Source of the DNA: Phoronis australis
Taxonomy: Eukaryota; Animalia; Phoronida
Assembly (NCBI GenBank): GCA_002633005.1
Contig: NMRA01000015.1
Location: 852,127-916,126 of the forward strand
Direction: 5' to 3'
DNA length: 64,000 nt
Positions within the stretch are counted from its first letter, which is position 1, and each line of letters opens with the position of its first letter. Shown here in pieces: positions 1 through 13,900 of the stretch. The position numbers and the translations under genes were made by a program. Below the pieces are notes generated by a model that was given only the letters and a program-made list of their open reading frames with translations, did no database searches and was not told the DNA's origin.

Positions 1-827
1 TAGTTAGAAATACAAATACATTATTCAAATCATTGTTACTGCACTACCTTTGCCCTGACGGTCTGTGGAAGGAACACCCGACTTCGCAGCCCCCGACAAG
101 TAAGTAGATTTTCAGTTTCGTGGCTAATTCACATAAACAATTACGTGAACATTATTTCTTTGGCTCACTATTATAGTCTTTTCGTGACTGGAGGTTTAGT
201 TTCCAACTCGAGGTGGTTTATGTTCGTGCCAGTCCCGGCCGGCCGCGACGGGCCTGATCGGGCTTCGAGCCACTGGCCGGGATAACCAGTCAGTCCTGTC
301 GCGACGGGCCTGATCGGGTTCCGAGCCACTGGCCGGGATAACAAGCGTTTTGTGTGTTTAGAACTTAAAAAAGTCTAAACACCACAGATCTAAGTTCTCC
401 TGTCTGTATTTCACTGAAGACTACCTCGAATTTATCTCTAAACAGACACCAAACTCCTGCTACGGATCTTGGTAAGTTGGCCTGCCGAACTTTGTAGGCT
501 ACGGTGTATCCAAATTACGAATAAATTCGTAACAGCGAACTAAAACAACACGTTTTTATAAGAACTCGGTGTATTTTTAAGGATTTTACATCGAAGTTTG
601 ATGATTTATTGGTGTTAAAAAATAAATTTAAGCGATAAGCTGACACCAGCAGTAACCCGTGTTGTGAACTGCTGAACAGACATCGTGTGAAACCAATGAC
701 GTCATTGGATAATTTCAACACCTCCGTCTGCCGTCAGGTGTCAGGTAACGCAACCGAACGTGCCGTTATCGAGTAGAACTACTCGATCTAAATTGATACA
801 AAATAGGTTTTTTGGTGGCATTCTCCT
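1..827 (+). mobile_element. Right part of a non-autonomous Kolobok-like DNA transposon (left part outside window)
   Basis: Co-linear with about 33700-34506. Ends GGTGGCATTCTCCT followed by TTAA (828-831), the reverse complement of the left TIR AGGAGAATGCCACC at 32816. Confidence 0.7.
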
Positions 828-1799
828 TTAAGCCACCCTGCGAGTATGACGGCCTAGCTGGGATATGAAATTCGATGGGTCAAATGATGACTGCCGGGGT
901 GCGAAAGTGATCTGGGGTCCCGCAGTTCCACCAACGTTTCTCTTCCGCTGCGCCAGAATTTGCTGTCCCAATCGTAGTCAGTTTCAATCTATGAGGTGGG
1001 GGAGCATGCACTTTCATAGATAGCGTATACGGGGCAGAACACTTAGATGAACGGTAGGCTCAGGGGTAGGTTAACTTTGAAAGGGTGCCTTTCTGAATAA
1101 ATTCCGTTCGAAACGGTTCACTGGTGAGTGTGTTTAATTAAGCTACAATCAAAGCATGTCATCATAGGGAGCCGATTCAATTACAAAGTGAATGCAGCCT
1201 ACTTGAAATTGATTCTTTTGTAGAGACATTTGGTTGTCAAAATTACGTTCTGACGTCGACAGCCTCTAGCAATTAAAGCAAACGTTTTAAATACTCCTGT
1301 TTAGGTCACGGTTTTTAAAACATTTATCACTCGCCATGGGTGATACTGGTCTACATAACTATATGTATACCGATTCAAACTCGGTACAATCAAACTACTG
1401 ACAGACTAAAAAGGGGCGTGCTGGCAACGCCATAGCCTACAAAACTGAAGGCCTTTTAAGGTGAGTGCTAAACGCGGTGACCTAATTGAACAAAGCTGAA
1501 GCTTGTAAAAATCTGGAGTCTATTCATGAAAAATGACTTAGACTTATGTCTCAAACTTGGTCTTACGCTCCACACAACTTTTTTTCTCGAAAAATGATTA
1601 AATCTCACTAACGCAAAAGTGCAATGCGTCTGCGAATAAACTCGGAACTGATAGTAACTGAGATAATTTTACAATCTATTTCTAGACTCTGATGAGCTCA
1701 TAATTACTTGGCTAAGCCCTTTAGAAATTGCGAGGTGGGAGCGTAAGGCCAAATTTCTGTCTTATCTTAAATAACTTCCATGAAACTTTGATAGCCTAC

Positions 1800-1961
1800 C
1801 GTACTGACAAATGAACTTGTAATTATACAACCATCTGTTACATGCAGAGTCGTGCCACTTAAAGTTGTCGGAAGGAGTCATCAGAACGCAGTCTTCGCCC
1901 CAAAAGAAATCGTTGGGTTCGCCTGCCGCCCAGAAGGTAAAACCATCGCCTAAAGTTCCTC
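1800..1961 (-). CDS. CTLD 4, C-terminal half exon (EPN / WHD)
   Basis: TTTAG|GAGGA ... CAGTACG|GTAGG; 162 bp; GTLGDGFTFWAAGEPNDFFWGEDCVLMTPSDNFKWHDSACNRWLYNYKFICQY. Confidence 0.9.
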
Positions 1962-4900
1962 CTAAACACAAGATTAATTAAAACAGTGATATTGTAGCAA
2001 CACCAAGTAATCAACATTAAGTCAACTAGATTACAATCACACTAAATTTAGTCAACTCGTCTCTAAAAATGCCGTTTACACATCAAAAGTTGACACGGAT
2101 CAGCTGACACGGAACGAGTTGTTCCAGTGTGTATACGGGACTGACTCGGAGCAAAGTGACACCGTGGTGACAGATTTTGCCACCCGTTTGTGAGGTAGAG
2201 CAATTTGCGCTCGAACATCTTGCTCAGTGTCAATTACATGTCTAAACGCGAAACTGGGGCAAGGCGGAAAAGATCATCTCTACTGCGCTTGCCTAATGAC
2301 CTGCGTACGGGTTCTTTGTCTCTGCAACTCTCGTCATTTGTAAACCTGCGCATGTGCGATCCAGTCTCTCCAGCCTGCAATTTCCGTCTTGCCAAAGTTA
2401 GTGAGTTGTGTGTGTAAACGGCCGCTTGACACGGGTCAATTTGCTCCGTGTCAGTTGCGCCGGGCCAAAAGTTGATGTCGGACTTAAGCACACAAGTAGG
2501 ATTTAATGGATGAAGCCACCTCCCGAAATACCACAGCGCCTCTCCGGTACTGCAGTATTACCAACAAAACTGCACGCCAGCACAGAACTCGAGTCACTGT
2601 TTCCGTGCTAACAGCTCATTTACACGGTAATTGGATTTGGGGAACGTTTTATAATGTTTTACTTTACACAGTTAATTCAATGAGTGCAATAATGATACAC
2701 ATCGTGAAAAGCGTGTGGGTGACTATGAACCGTTCTTCCGACTCAGCTTACAACTTTTCAGCTGTCTTGACTTGCCAAAAGTAAACCAATCATACAGCGC
2801 ATTTTTCTGTCTCCTCAAACAGGAAATTAGAATCCTGAAGTGGGACTGAATTCCACCTACGCCCATGATTTTTGAGTTTTCATGGGTGTGGATATAACCG
2901 AAGAAGTATAAGTAGTAATGTAAGCACCATGCGCCCAATCTTGCTACTACAAAGCTACAAATGCACATGTCGCCGACCACGTCTGGTGAACGATATGGTA
3001 AAAGCTGTGGAGCCCGTCTTAACAAATGTTAGTTCTAGGCATAACTGAGATGGTCGTTAGCACGTTATAGTAACCGCAACACTGCATTTTTGGAAGAGCC
3101 GTGAACAGCTGGTAGCAAATGACGTAACGTTGATATTTTCATAATATTCTCAGACGTAATGACCACCTTCACGAGCCGAGTTAATGAGCTGGATGTTTGA
3201 CATATCTTCCGTGATGACAACGAAGCTCCATCTTCTGATATATAAAAGGAGAGTTGGATTGGTGAAAATGGTAATTTATTATGACGAAGCAATGGAAATA
3301 ATACAAATACTCTCAATTGATCCGTTGCTAAACTAAGTATCGCTCCGCTTTCTCCATCACGCTTCATGCAACATTTGAGTTTTTTCGTAGAAATCATGAA
3401 AGTCGCTCACTGGAACAATTAAAAACAATTCCTAGTAGCCTTTTTGGAAAACCGTGCATGAAGAATAGTATCTTCGAGTTTGAAATGAATTCGAACAGTC
3501 TGTTTTATATTGTGCTCAATAGATGTCACCAGTATTTTGTTAGCGCATCCTTGTGGCCATGTGAGTATTGAGTTTAGTTCGGCAATAGATGATGCGAAAG
3601 AAAGCCGTGTTTTACATTTCGCTCTGGATTTTGCTAACAACCTTGCTACTGCTGTCGCTGATATCCAATACAGTCATTTCTAAGATATTATGTTCGAAGT
3701 TAGCCAAATTGGGACATTTTTCTAGTGTCCTACATAACCTTAGTCAAGAGAAGGGCATACCGTCGGACCACTCCCACAGTTCTTCGGTAGTGCGGTCATT
3801 TAGACCAATCCATATACCATCATCACTTCCCCAACCCAAGTCATTCAGAGCCTGTTTTACAAACTGGTGTGTAGAGTTGTCTCGAACGCTCGCCAGATGT
3901 CCTCCGTTGCTCTGACACTTATCCTCCGCTGATACCCATGACATTTCCGCGGACACAAATTCGTAACAAATCGTGCCTCTTAATCGCTTGTTGGACCCGG
4001 TGCACACACTTGAACCTATATAACATCAATTGCTAATTAGGGGCAGCATAGGTTACGGAAATTTGAACTGTAAGTTTTTTGCTCGGTACTCAACTTGCAC
4101 CTAGTGGACTTGACTTTCATCTAGCTGGTGGTTGTGACTCACCGTTCATAGACACATTTACAGGCGAAGCTGTGGAAACTATGGCCATTTGCACGGTTGA
4201 TATTCGTGATGACGTTACACGACTCCCTGTGGTGGTTGTTGTAGAATCGAGTTCCTGTCTTTCAGTTAAAGGCCGTGTAAATGTAGTTTTCTCCAATGTT
4301 ACCGACGATGTGCTTGCAAGTAGTGTTACAGTGTCTCGTGTCATGTGTAGTCTAGATGACGTATTCAGCGTAGGTGTCGTGCTCAGCTTAAGTGTCGGCT
4401 CCAGTGTAGCTGAAATGGGCGATGATGTCTTGCTCACTATCTCTAAAAGATAATGTGTGGTTTTCGAATTAACTCTGATTTGAAAACGAAACTGTGCTTA
4501 CGCAATAGCAAAAACTGATCTCTCTCCAGGCACGTGACTCAGAAGGTGCAACTTATTGGTGGCACAAACAAATTCGACTTCCTCAAAAGGTCACCCGTCC
4601 ACCGTGAACTATCATTTTTCTCTCCGAGCCATCAGCTATCACATTATCCATAGTACCTTGGTTTAGCCAACGACACGGTCAATGGCAAGTCCAATGCAGT
4701 CTCTCATTTTTTTCTATTGAAGAATACACAGAACATACAAGGAAAATAATGACAAACCCAGAAATCGCGAAGCATTATATCTGGGTTGTAGACAGTACAT
4801 AAATGAAAGTGGTATACATAGAACTATACACACGTCAATAGTGTTTAATATAAATACTCAACTACTTAGATACGCTGTTACGAACATATTAGAAACAAAA

Positions 4901-7900
4901 ACATGAACAGATACGGAAATCAGATGCAACAAGATTGATATAAGCGATGCATAAAAATTGCTTAAGAGGAATTCATTGAGAAAAAGGTCGAAGTTTGGAC
5001 TACCATATAATAATAATAATGTAACTTAAGTAGAGATATTATTAGAGGAATTGAAAGCATTAACAATTAATTGGTTTTCATTAAGTGCACGAAGGAGTGA
5101 GTTTCTCGGGCATTCGACGACAGCACATTTGAAGAAAACGTGAGGATAAGATTGGTCACCACAATTACAGTTTGGAGAGACATTACTAAAGTTGTGCCTA
5201 AACTTGTCGAAATTGAGGAAAATACCACATCTCGATCGGTACAATGCTATTTTGTTTTCGCATGGAAGCGAGAATCGTGTCAGAGCTAATGAGTTGTCAA
5301 AATTATGAGAAACAGTTCTAAAATGGTTTTTATATTCGTAAAAGTTTTGCTTTCCTTTACAGACTCTGGAAGAGAATTCCAGTTGTTGATATGCACATCA
5401 TCACTGTAGACCTTTAGTGAATGCCTGACTGAACGACGGAAGAACCGCATGTCGGGCGGAAGATCTCAAACCAGTACGATGGCCTTGTCTGGTATATAGA
5501 TCAAATACTTTTTGACAGAGACATTGTTGACATTGTTTAGTAAATGTGGTCATGTGAAGATTGCGCCGAATAGATAGTTTGGGCCACTTGAAACTATTCA
5601 AAACCATTCTCTCATTGAAACTATCATAAAACAGCAAGCACATTTCCTTTTTGTGAATCTTTCAAACGTAATGTTTTTTCTTTTCGTCTGTGAAATCATA
5701 GACTGCATACAGACAACAGATTCGCAACTTCGACATTTTCCTTTGGAATATACCAGAAGAGGCGCCAATCTCTTCAATTACGAATCTCAGCTTCCGGTTA
5801 TTGTGTTTTGACGGGAAATTCTTGCATACTGTCTAGTACTACGAAACAAAATAATTTCGGAATCAAAACGCTGTTCAGAGTCTTCAAATAGTAGAACTCT
5901 TGGTGTCGTGAATACTTTTGGCTACGGTACAGGTCGTGTAATTGCAAAGTTCAGACGTTAGTTTTGACTGATTTTGCAGTCTGCTTGCATGTAGCAGCAC
6001 ATAGTTACACCGAACAGCTTGGGATTAATGATTCATGTACTGGGGAAATTACAAAAGCGTATTTGTGCACAAATTCTACGGCCTGAGTATCTATGAATGT
6101 AATGTTTCAATAATTTATTGATTTTGTTCGGATTGAAATGTGCCACGTCAACGAATTCACTGGTCCAACGTCCGTTAATAATTAAAAGTTGTCAAGTGAA
6201 CAGTTCTTCTGGGTAGGGCCATTGGTGTGTATGAGCCATAGGTATAGTGGGAAATGGTCTTTAAAAGAACCGTTGAATAATTCGACATAAATAGCATAGT
6301 ATACCGTGGTCACTCAAATACTGAAGGTTTCTTCATTCAAGTTTTCATCAGGAAAACCTTGGATGAAAACAAAGAAGAAGAAGATAACATCGATGACAGT
6401 TATAATTCCTTAAACAGAAGTTGCCATTAAGTAACGTCATCACAAACCCTGTCTCGTTCAGTTCAAATTTCGAAGGACATCGACTTCGTGCAATTCTGTG
6501 TTGGTATCACCATTGATTTACGATGGCCCGAGGATGACACCACTCGCTGTATCTTGAGTCACTGTTGCAAATTCCCTGCGTAACAACAACGCTTCACGGG
6601 CATTTTACAGAGCAAAGTGATTTAACACCACTCAAAGGACACAATTATCGATGATATAAATCTGACTTGCACTTTCAATAGCCGTAAAGTACTCGTAACT
6701 CACCGTACTGACAAATGTACTGAAAGCTGCTGAACCATTTGGAACAACTGTCGTCCTTCCACTTGAAGTCGTCGAGACTTAAGTAGACGCAGTCTTCTTC
6801 GGCAAAAACCCCACCACCACTTGGTTCACCGGTAGCCCAGTTATTGAAACTTCCTCCAAGAATCACGCCTGAGATTATTAATTAATTATCAAAATTATAA
6901 AGGGATCTCTGTTCGCACTTACAGCGTTTTTAGCTAGAACACAAAATACAAGGTTACTTACTCACAGAGAATGTGTCTCAAACCTCTAAACCTCTCTATA
7001 CCACGATAATAAACGACATACACTCCCAACAAATCGACTAGGACATGGACTAAGGAAGGTTCTCTAAATGCTACCCACTTTAACAAGGATGTCAAAGCCT
7101 TACGAAACCTGGCAGAATCGTTATCTCATTCCCTTTTGATTGTCGTCATTAATGGCTGTTATGACACGAAAACTTATGAGACGAATTTGAAAGTTTTTAG
7201 TCAGCCTGCTGTAATTTGGTTGTTAGCCGGCCGTGAATACGCTGAAAATGTGCAAGCTGGGTGTTTGTGGCAGAAAGCGTTCAGTAGTTGTCGTTATTTT
7301 TAAAGATTATCAGTGACTTCAGTTTACCTATTTCCTGTCTATTTCACGTTCTCTGTGTCATATAACTAACTTGCCACATAACGTAAACCCGATAAGTCCA
7401 AGTATCGAAACTCCAAAAATTCTGCCGTAAATTATTACCATTTGCATGTATCAAACGTAAACAATCAATATTTCAGTGCCGTGCTTATAAAAACATGGCC
7501 TCCGAAGAATCGTGTTGTCAAATGAGTTTGGTCAGGCTGCGCATCACGACGCTGATCTGGCGTCACAACCTGGTCAGAATCTACTGGCATATGGATTGTT
7601 TCCAGTTACGTCATCAGTACCCGGAAATGCGCCATATTGGAAGACAAGCAGAGACGTTTGTTTTGATCTTGCGGCAATAGGATAGGCCCAATAAAGGGGC
7701 GTGAAGATTGTTTTTATAGGAAGCTAGGGTCAAATTTCTGGAATCCAAGAGCTTTGAGTAGGGATGAACCCTTACGACCTTAGGCCTCCTGGCCAAGTGC
7801 CTCAGTGAGCAAAAGATGCAAAAGTTCATATAAACATTCCGTACCGTTGGACCACTCCCAACTGTTTTCCGTGTTGCGATCGCTTAAACCAATCCATACT

Positions 7901-10900
7901 CCACCACTGCTTCCCCAATTTAGGTTCCTCAAAGTCTGCTCTATAAACTGTTGCGTAGCGTTATCTCTGATGGCCACCAGGTGTCCTCCGTGGTACGCGC
8001 ACGCGGACTCTGCTGCGTTCCAATCTGAGGTGGCGTTTTGGAAGAACTCGTAACAGTCGTCATTCAGGATACGGAGAGTGTTACTCAACTGAGAACATCG
8101 GCCCAGATTCGCAATAACTAGACACAACAAAAACATAATAACAATCTGCCTCCCGATACTGATTGTAATGATTCGCTAATTTTGACTATAAATCAACATA
8201 ATCAAATTCTCTATCAAAATATTCGTCATTTACAAAATAATGAAATCACAAGTGTCCTGTCACTGTCTCTATTTGTCACAATATCACTGAAGATTTGTTA
8301 GGATTAAAAACCATTTTGTAATTTTGGTGCTGTCTTCTCGACATTAGACAGTAGAGCAGCGCTCGATCTGTGCCCAAATCAGTAGGCTTAGTTACCTGTG
8401 GGTTGCGTCACCGCCGAAGTGGCTGTGGTACTGTCGTTGGACATAACTTTAGTCGTGTTTGACACTGGTGAAACTGATGCGCTTGTCCACGTCTCTGTGG
8501 TAGCGGTTGATTTGAGAGATGTAGGCGGTTTGACTGGATCTGTGAACAATTCAGAAACAGTCTTCTGCAGGCTAATCTCGTAAAACAATATTTCAAACCA
8601 GTGACAACGTAACTCGGTGAAAATTCAAGCAAGCAAGTTTCAGCTAGGGCAGGCGCACATGTGCGCAAATCTAAAGAATTCGTCTTTTCATTTTTTCAAT
8701 TTCTGGAGTACAGCTAACTGGTGGTTTTAGAGGTTAGCCAAAGAAGCCACTGCCATCTTCATAAACTTCATTTCTGTCGTTCTTTAAATAATTGGCTACG
8801 ATTGAAATTTAAAAAGTCAACTCGAAGGTATTCAAGGAGTTTCTACACACAAACATAACGCTTTCAATCTAGTACTTATCTTATTTTCAAGTTAAAAGGA
8901 TACTAAACCCTGTTTTGATTATTTCAACCAATCTTTCTTCTGTTACCCGCTAATGGATCATTGGTGTCAATCTTCGGAGTTAAAGGCAGGAATCAACTAA
9001 AAACTCGTATTCCCTATGTCACAAATTGGGCACTATGGTTCTTGGAGGCTGGTTTTTCCCCACAGTAGCCGCGTAATTCGCTAAAAGCGTACGCCCCGCT
9101 TACCTGATTAGCAGACTTTGAAGGTTTTCCTCCAACGTTTTGAGGGTTGTGGAGGGTTAAAAGCATTATTTTCTTGCACAGATGGGAAAGTCGTTTTAGT
9201 ATCTGTTAATAGGCCAAAGTCGGGCTTGGTATTCTTATAACGTGCGCTGTTCCATGAGAATTAACCAACGGTTGCGCGCGTGCAGTGTAAGGATCCGTCG
9301 TATTGAGAAACGTTCAATAGAAGGTAATCGTAAATGAGGCTACTGTGGTGTGAGACTATTCTAGTTAGGCTATTCAGCTATATTGAAATCTCCGGTGTAA
9401 ATTGCGTAGGTGGAGTATACGTTTGCATCACGCAGATGATCAATTTTCATGACCAGGATTCATTACGAAAGGCTGCCTTTTCCGACACAAGTGTTCACTT
9501 AACGAGTTAGAGACTCTACAAGATGTTTTGTTTCAGCGGATCGAACTCTACAGTATGGCCTGAAAGATCATGGCACTGTTCTGCCATAAGAACATTTACC
9601 GATTGTCATGCAACTTCAAATCCATGACGCTGTGCAACTAGCGTAGATGGTCAAACTTAGGTTGCCGTCGCTCACGCCTCGACGGGGTTGGAAGAAATCG
9701 CCTTTCGTTGAACCATGAATGGCCGTTAAGGGGGGAGGTGTCGTCGTAAAGTTACGCGGCAAATAATTACTGTACGTCGTTAAATTATTCCGCAAATAAT
9801 TACTTTATGCTGCAAATAATTACTTCACGCTGCAAAAAAAGCAATTTGCGCCACAAATAATTAATTTACGCCCCTAATAAGAATTAATTTAAGCACGTTA
9901 TTCTACGGCGACACTTTCCCCTAACGGCCCATCATACAATACCACACGACAAAAATGACACATTTAAATGGCGACTGAAAGTGATCTATGGAATGGTGCT
10001 GTGACGGTCACTTACCGTATTGACATATGGAAGGATACGGTACACCAAGAAGGTAGCCCTGGCATGACTGGTCTTGCCACTTGTAGTTCCTGTCTGTTAG
10101 CATCTGTACACAGTCTCTTTCATAAAACCAAGTGTCTCCGCTCGGTGCATCAGTGAGCCAGTTGTTAAAACCTTCTCCCAGCTCCTCTCCTAATCATAAA
10201 GTGCAACTTGGATGAGAGTACGTCTACATTTCTAACGCACACACGTTGTGTTTTATATATCTTACAGGCGCTGACCCCCGTGCAAGTCGAGGGCTTTAAG
10301 TATCCGTGTAGGACTCATTTTGCTTGGTAAAGAGTTGAAGTAGGGATTAGTAAAATTAGTTTTATTAGCGAAAGTTTCAAAACAGTTTCCACATGCATTA
10401 AATTTAACGGGGATATCGAAATTCTCCGGGTGGAACTTGTTACATAATGGTCACTTGCTTGCGTGCAGGCAATTACATGTAAGCAAGAAGGTTCCCGAAC
10501 AGGGGAAGAACGTTGTTCTCATTCCTTGCAGATAACATATTTTAAAATTCGTTATTAGCTCCACCTAGCGAGCATCGAGTCTCGGTATTGATGAAAACCA
10601 GAGACCGTCTATGTGAAAACACTCAAGAGTTGCTCACTGTTTTGTATAATCATAAATGTGAAGCCCAGAATTTTGTATTTAAAGCAACTGACTTATCCGT
10701 AAATACATCTGGAGTTGAAGGACACGAAGCTATGCCTGTAGTGGGTATTTTTAATACATGTAGGTAGAGCCGTATACTTACGCATTTCTCTTTTCTTCTC
10801 CGGGATATAATAGCATTTTAAAAATACTGCATGTGGTCTGATTGACGTTGCATCAGACGTGCACAGGCCGCTCATCCGGGACCATTGCACCAAACATCTA

Positions 10901-13900
10901 TTAACATTTGAGTCTAGTATAGATCTCTGGTTCTCGATTGGTCAATCAATGATGACGTCAACCGGAGGCTGCGTTCCCGAGATGAGAACCGAAGGAAGTG
11001 TTCGTGCTGGCTTTTATTGCAATTGTCATGGAGCTAAGACCGATTTATTTAAATAATCTGAACATAAAAAGCATGCTTTTACAACCTCAACTGATGTTTC
11101 TGATGTCTGTTTCGTGAAAAGTGACTTAAAGCTTAATGCAGAGATTTGATCTAATGCTCCCACTTCCCAATTGGCAAATAAAGGTTTAGTTATGTACTTA
11201 TTACACATTTCTGCCTACACATTTAGTTATGTACTTATTACACATTTCTGCCTACACGTTTAGTTATGTACTTATTAACACATTTCTGCCTACAAGTTTA
11301 GTTATGTACTTATTACACATTTCTGCCTACACATTTAGTTATGTACTTATTACACATTTCTGCCTACACATTTAGTTATGTACTTATTACACATTTCTGC
11401 CTACACATTTTCTCAGTATGTAATAGCTTGAGTATATTCTCAGAAATTGTGGTCACTGTGATATATATTTATTGAAGGATACACAGAACATACAAAGAAA
11501 TAATAACAAACCCAGAAACCGCGAAGCATTATATCAGAAATTGTGGTCATTCACACCAATGACAGAAACCTTTGAAAAATTAAAAAAAGTAATTTTGGCA
11601 ATTATGTTTGTTAGAAATTTGATGAACTTTATTTATCTATTAATCCTGGGCTCTGTTCCACGAAAGTTTAAGTCTCGGGCTTGATTGTTGGCATGGCGTC
11701 AACCGCATTGTTCAACAAGCGCAACGTGACATGTGATGGAGTGACAGCATGAATTTTACTTAGACTAAAATAGTTTATGAAAGAGACTGGACGGAGTGGT
11801 ATATACAGCTAATCGTGACGTATTGGTGCATGCTTTAATTAGCGACAGGTACGTTTGCTCTTTCATTCTTAGTATGTCATTGATCTGAAGTTCCCAAATG
11901 CGTTGTAAAACCACCCTAACGCCTTTGTTCACAACCAATATGGAGGACTGGCTTTGTGTTTAAATTTCTCGCAGCATGGTTGGCTGGAAAATTAGCTTGA
12001 TTGACATTTCAGGACTATCCAACGGAGTGTGACGAGGAATGTCATTTGAATTGACTAAAGAACCGTTTTTTATCGACCTGAACTTACCATTAGACCATAC
12101 CCAGTGGTCTTCTGTAACACGGTCATTCAAGCCAATCCATACACTGTCGTTGCCCCAATGCAAGTCTTCCAAAACCTGTTGTATAAACTCTTGCACAGCG
12201 TTGTCTCGGATAACCACCAGGTGTCCTCCGTTTTTCGAACACCTGTCCTCTGCCACGACCCAGTCTTCCCTCAGAGACACAAACTCGTAGCAAATTCCAT
12301 TTCGCACACGAGTTGATTCGGTGTTGTTCTTTTGAAGACAAATGGGGTGCACTCATGTTGTTGAACCGTGTGTTGATTTCGTCGACGTTTCTATTACTAT
12401 TGACATCTTAGGAGACGGGGTAGACGCTGAAGATACCACACCTTCTGTTAAGAAACTGACCACTTACAAATATATAAAATGGGGAATGTGGTTTCAATTT
12501 GTTCCTGACCCAGATTAGAGGCTACTTCCGATCTTGGAGGGTACAGGCTGTTGGTTATTTTTTCAGATCAGGCTTGTAGTGACAGGATGTTAGTCGCCGG
12601 AGAGCACGGTAACTAGTCAGGCAAAAACGAACTTTCCGCTACTTCTCATCCGAGTAAGCACGGCCAGATTAAGTCACCGTCACCATGCTGATTCGAGATT
12701 ACACGGGTATTTATCCTTCGAAAACTGTGGTCGTCATGTTAGTCTGGGACTGATGTCACGCAGTGATTCAAGAGCTTTTATTAACAGAACAATTTGCAAG
12801 TTAGCTGTGGCGTGCTTCAAAAGAGTTTTGTCGTTCGGGTACACATTTCCAAGTAAAATTTCATTAGTTCTTAACATTATGACTTTTTTCTTTAAAGCGA
12901 TTGGTGGGTTATTTTGCGTTTATCAATAACTAATTTGGTGCTGGCTGTACACATTTGCAAAGAGCGTTCGCCGATTCAATAATCTAACCTTGGGGAAGTG
13001 AACCATTGACAGTGACATTGGTGGCCACTTCCTTTCGTGAGGACAAAGACGTCATGGCATGTTTTGTTGATATACCGAGTGTTGTTGGTAAGGTCGGCGA
13101 GGGAGTATACTCTGAAAAAGTTAAGTTTATCATAAATAACTCCATATAAACCTTAAAATTCGGCTTATTTCGCCGGAGCATCAGATCTCAGATATGACAG
13201 TTAGAAAATCGTGACAATTGCTGCGGTTTATGTGACGAAAATATATCAAGTGACCTGAGCACAGACTTTTGTTTCGTAGCTGAGGAAATTGACCGTAATA
13301 TTTGGAATCTCTCAAACGGCAAAGCAGGTGGAATTAACGAGGTTCTATTTGAATTGTTGAAGAATACTACGACCACCCATTGTTCCCCTGTTCGAATTGT
13401 TCTTCAATAGAATTCTGGATATAGCTCACTAGTCACAGGCCTGTTGTGACGCTAAAAGTTTTCCCATATTTAAACAGAGTCCACTGAGTACCACTTAGCC
13501 AGCCAGCTAGCTGTATGCAGACTGTCGTCAAAGTACAGCTAGGTCCCACTGTGTGGAGCCTTGGTGCAAAGCTGTATACTGAATATACACCTTTGCGCCC
13601 ATTTAGGTAAAATAAACACCAACTAAAATCTGACACAAAACTATACCCTTCCTAAAGTATTTACTGGTGTTAGAAAAATTGGCGTTCTACCGTTATTCTG
13701 CTGTTAAAGTTATGGTGCTATCTTTTGCGTCGGCTTTGGCCGGTTCCATGAAATATTACGTCACCTTTAGGCCAACTTCGTTTTTCGACGGCTTTTCAAT
13801 CAACTGTTCTTCTCTTCCCACCACAAGGCTGCGTACATGTCACAATAAATGATCGGAGCTTGGGTTTCATTTCTTTACAAATTTTTGGCATTTTACTGCC

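Larger units (their letters stand above)
6544..8135. repeat. Segmental duplication copy A (two CTLD exons plus intron)
   Basis: Near-identical to 14319-15912 at an offset of ~7775. Confidence 0.9.

Noticed and set aside
1043-1092. Terminal exon of the lectin gene (RHPFKVNLPLSLPFI*)
   Set aside because: The acceptor is plausible, but the segment is too short and has no homology support. The gene may continue outside the window.
6440-6576. Extra lectin-gene exon after the acceptor-like TTACGCAG
   Set aside because: All three frames hit stop codons, and the AG is not conserved in the duplicate copy.
7495-8053. Plus-strand ORFs antisense to the CTLD exons and intron (also 15272-15830 and 12039-12316)
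   Set aside because: These are shadow ORFs of the real minus-strand exons or of duplicated intron DNA, with no independent support.
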